A stretch of 64,000 bases of DNA, from contig MU058009.1 in the NCBI GenBank assembly GCA_013265495.1, positions 374,001 through 438,000 of the forward strand, read 5' to 3'. The notes beneath the pieces are model-generated. The model did not search any database and had not been told where the DNA came from. It was given only the letters and a program-made list of their open reading frames with translations. Positions 63,821 to 64,000 of this stretch are shown one piece after another (the stretch's first letter is position 1; each line of letters starts with the position of its first letter). This DNA is from Vicugna vicugna. Its lineage: Eukaryota. A program made the translations under genes and the position numbers.

Positions 63821-64000
63821 TGAGTGCTGTTCCCTCCCCTGGGCCCAGTTAACCGCCAGCCAGCCTTTGGGTCCCCCTTCTTCAGAGCAGTCTGCCCTGA
63901 AGAGTCACCCACCCAGGCCGTTCATCTATAGCTCTGAGCCCTCAGCTCAGTTCTCCTCCTTCCAGGACTGACCACCATGGCAAGCGGACGTCTATTCATG

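Overview
This is mammalian non-coding DNA, either intergenic or deep intronic. It is most likely from a camelid: it carries a tRNA-derived SINE resembling the camelid Vic-1 family (46197-46349), cetartiodactyl-type L1 3' ends and an internally deleted Tigger1 derivative, and I saw no Alu, BovB/Bov-tA or PRE-1. I cannot support any host protein-coding exon, RNA gene or CRISPR array; the listed ORFs are chance ORFs or decayed L1 ORF2 fragments. The window is a mosaic of L1, L2, MIR, MaLR/ERVL solo LTRs, hAT and Tigger relics and microsatellites. Repeat-poor stretches carry clustered developmental transcription-factor motifs and are candidate enhancers. I found no evidence of a new multi-gene biological system. 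The most notable structures are (1) a 141-bp templated copy of a local Tigger1 segment pasted 2.8 kb away into an L2, with GGT microhomology at both ends; (2) a twin-primed, 5'-inverted L1; (3) an L1 shortened by microhomology-type deletions; (4) a 44-bp minisatellite with ABAB higher-order structure; and (5) Sox-Oct/octamer motif clusters and a convergent CTCF motif pair. Repeat family names come from recalled consensus sequences, not a database search, and old-repeat boundaries are approximate.
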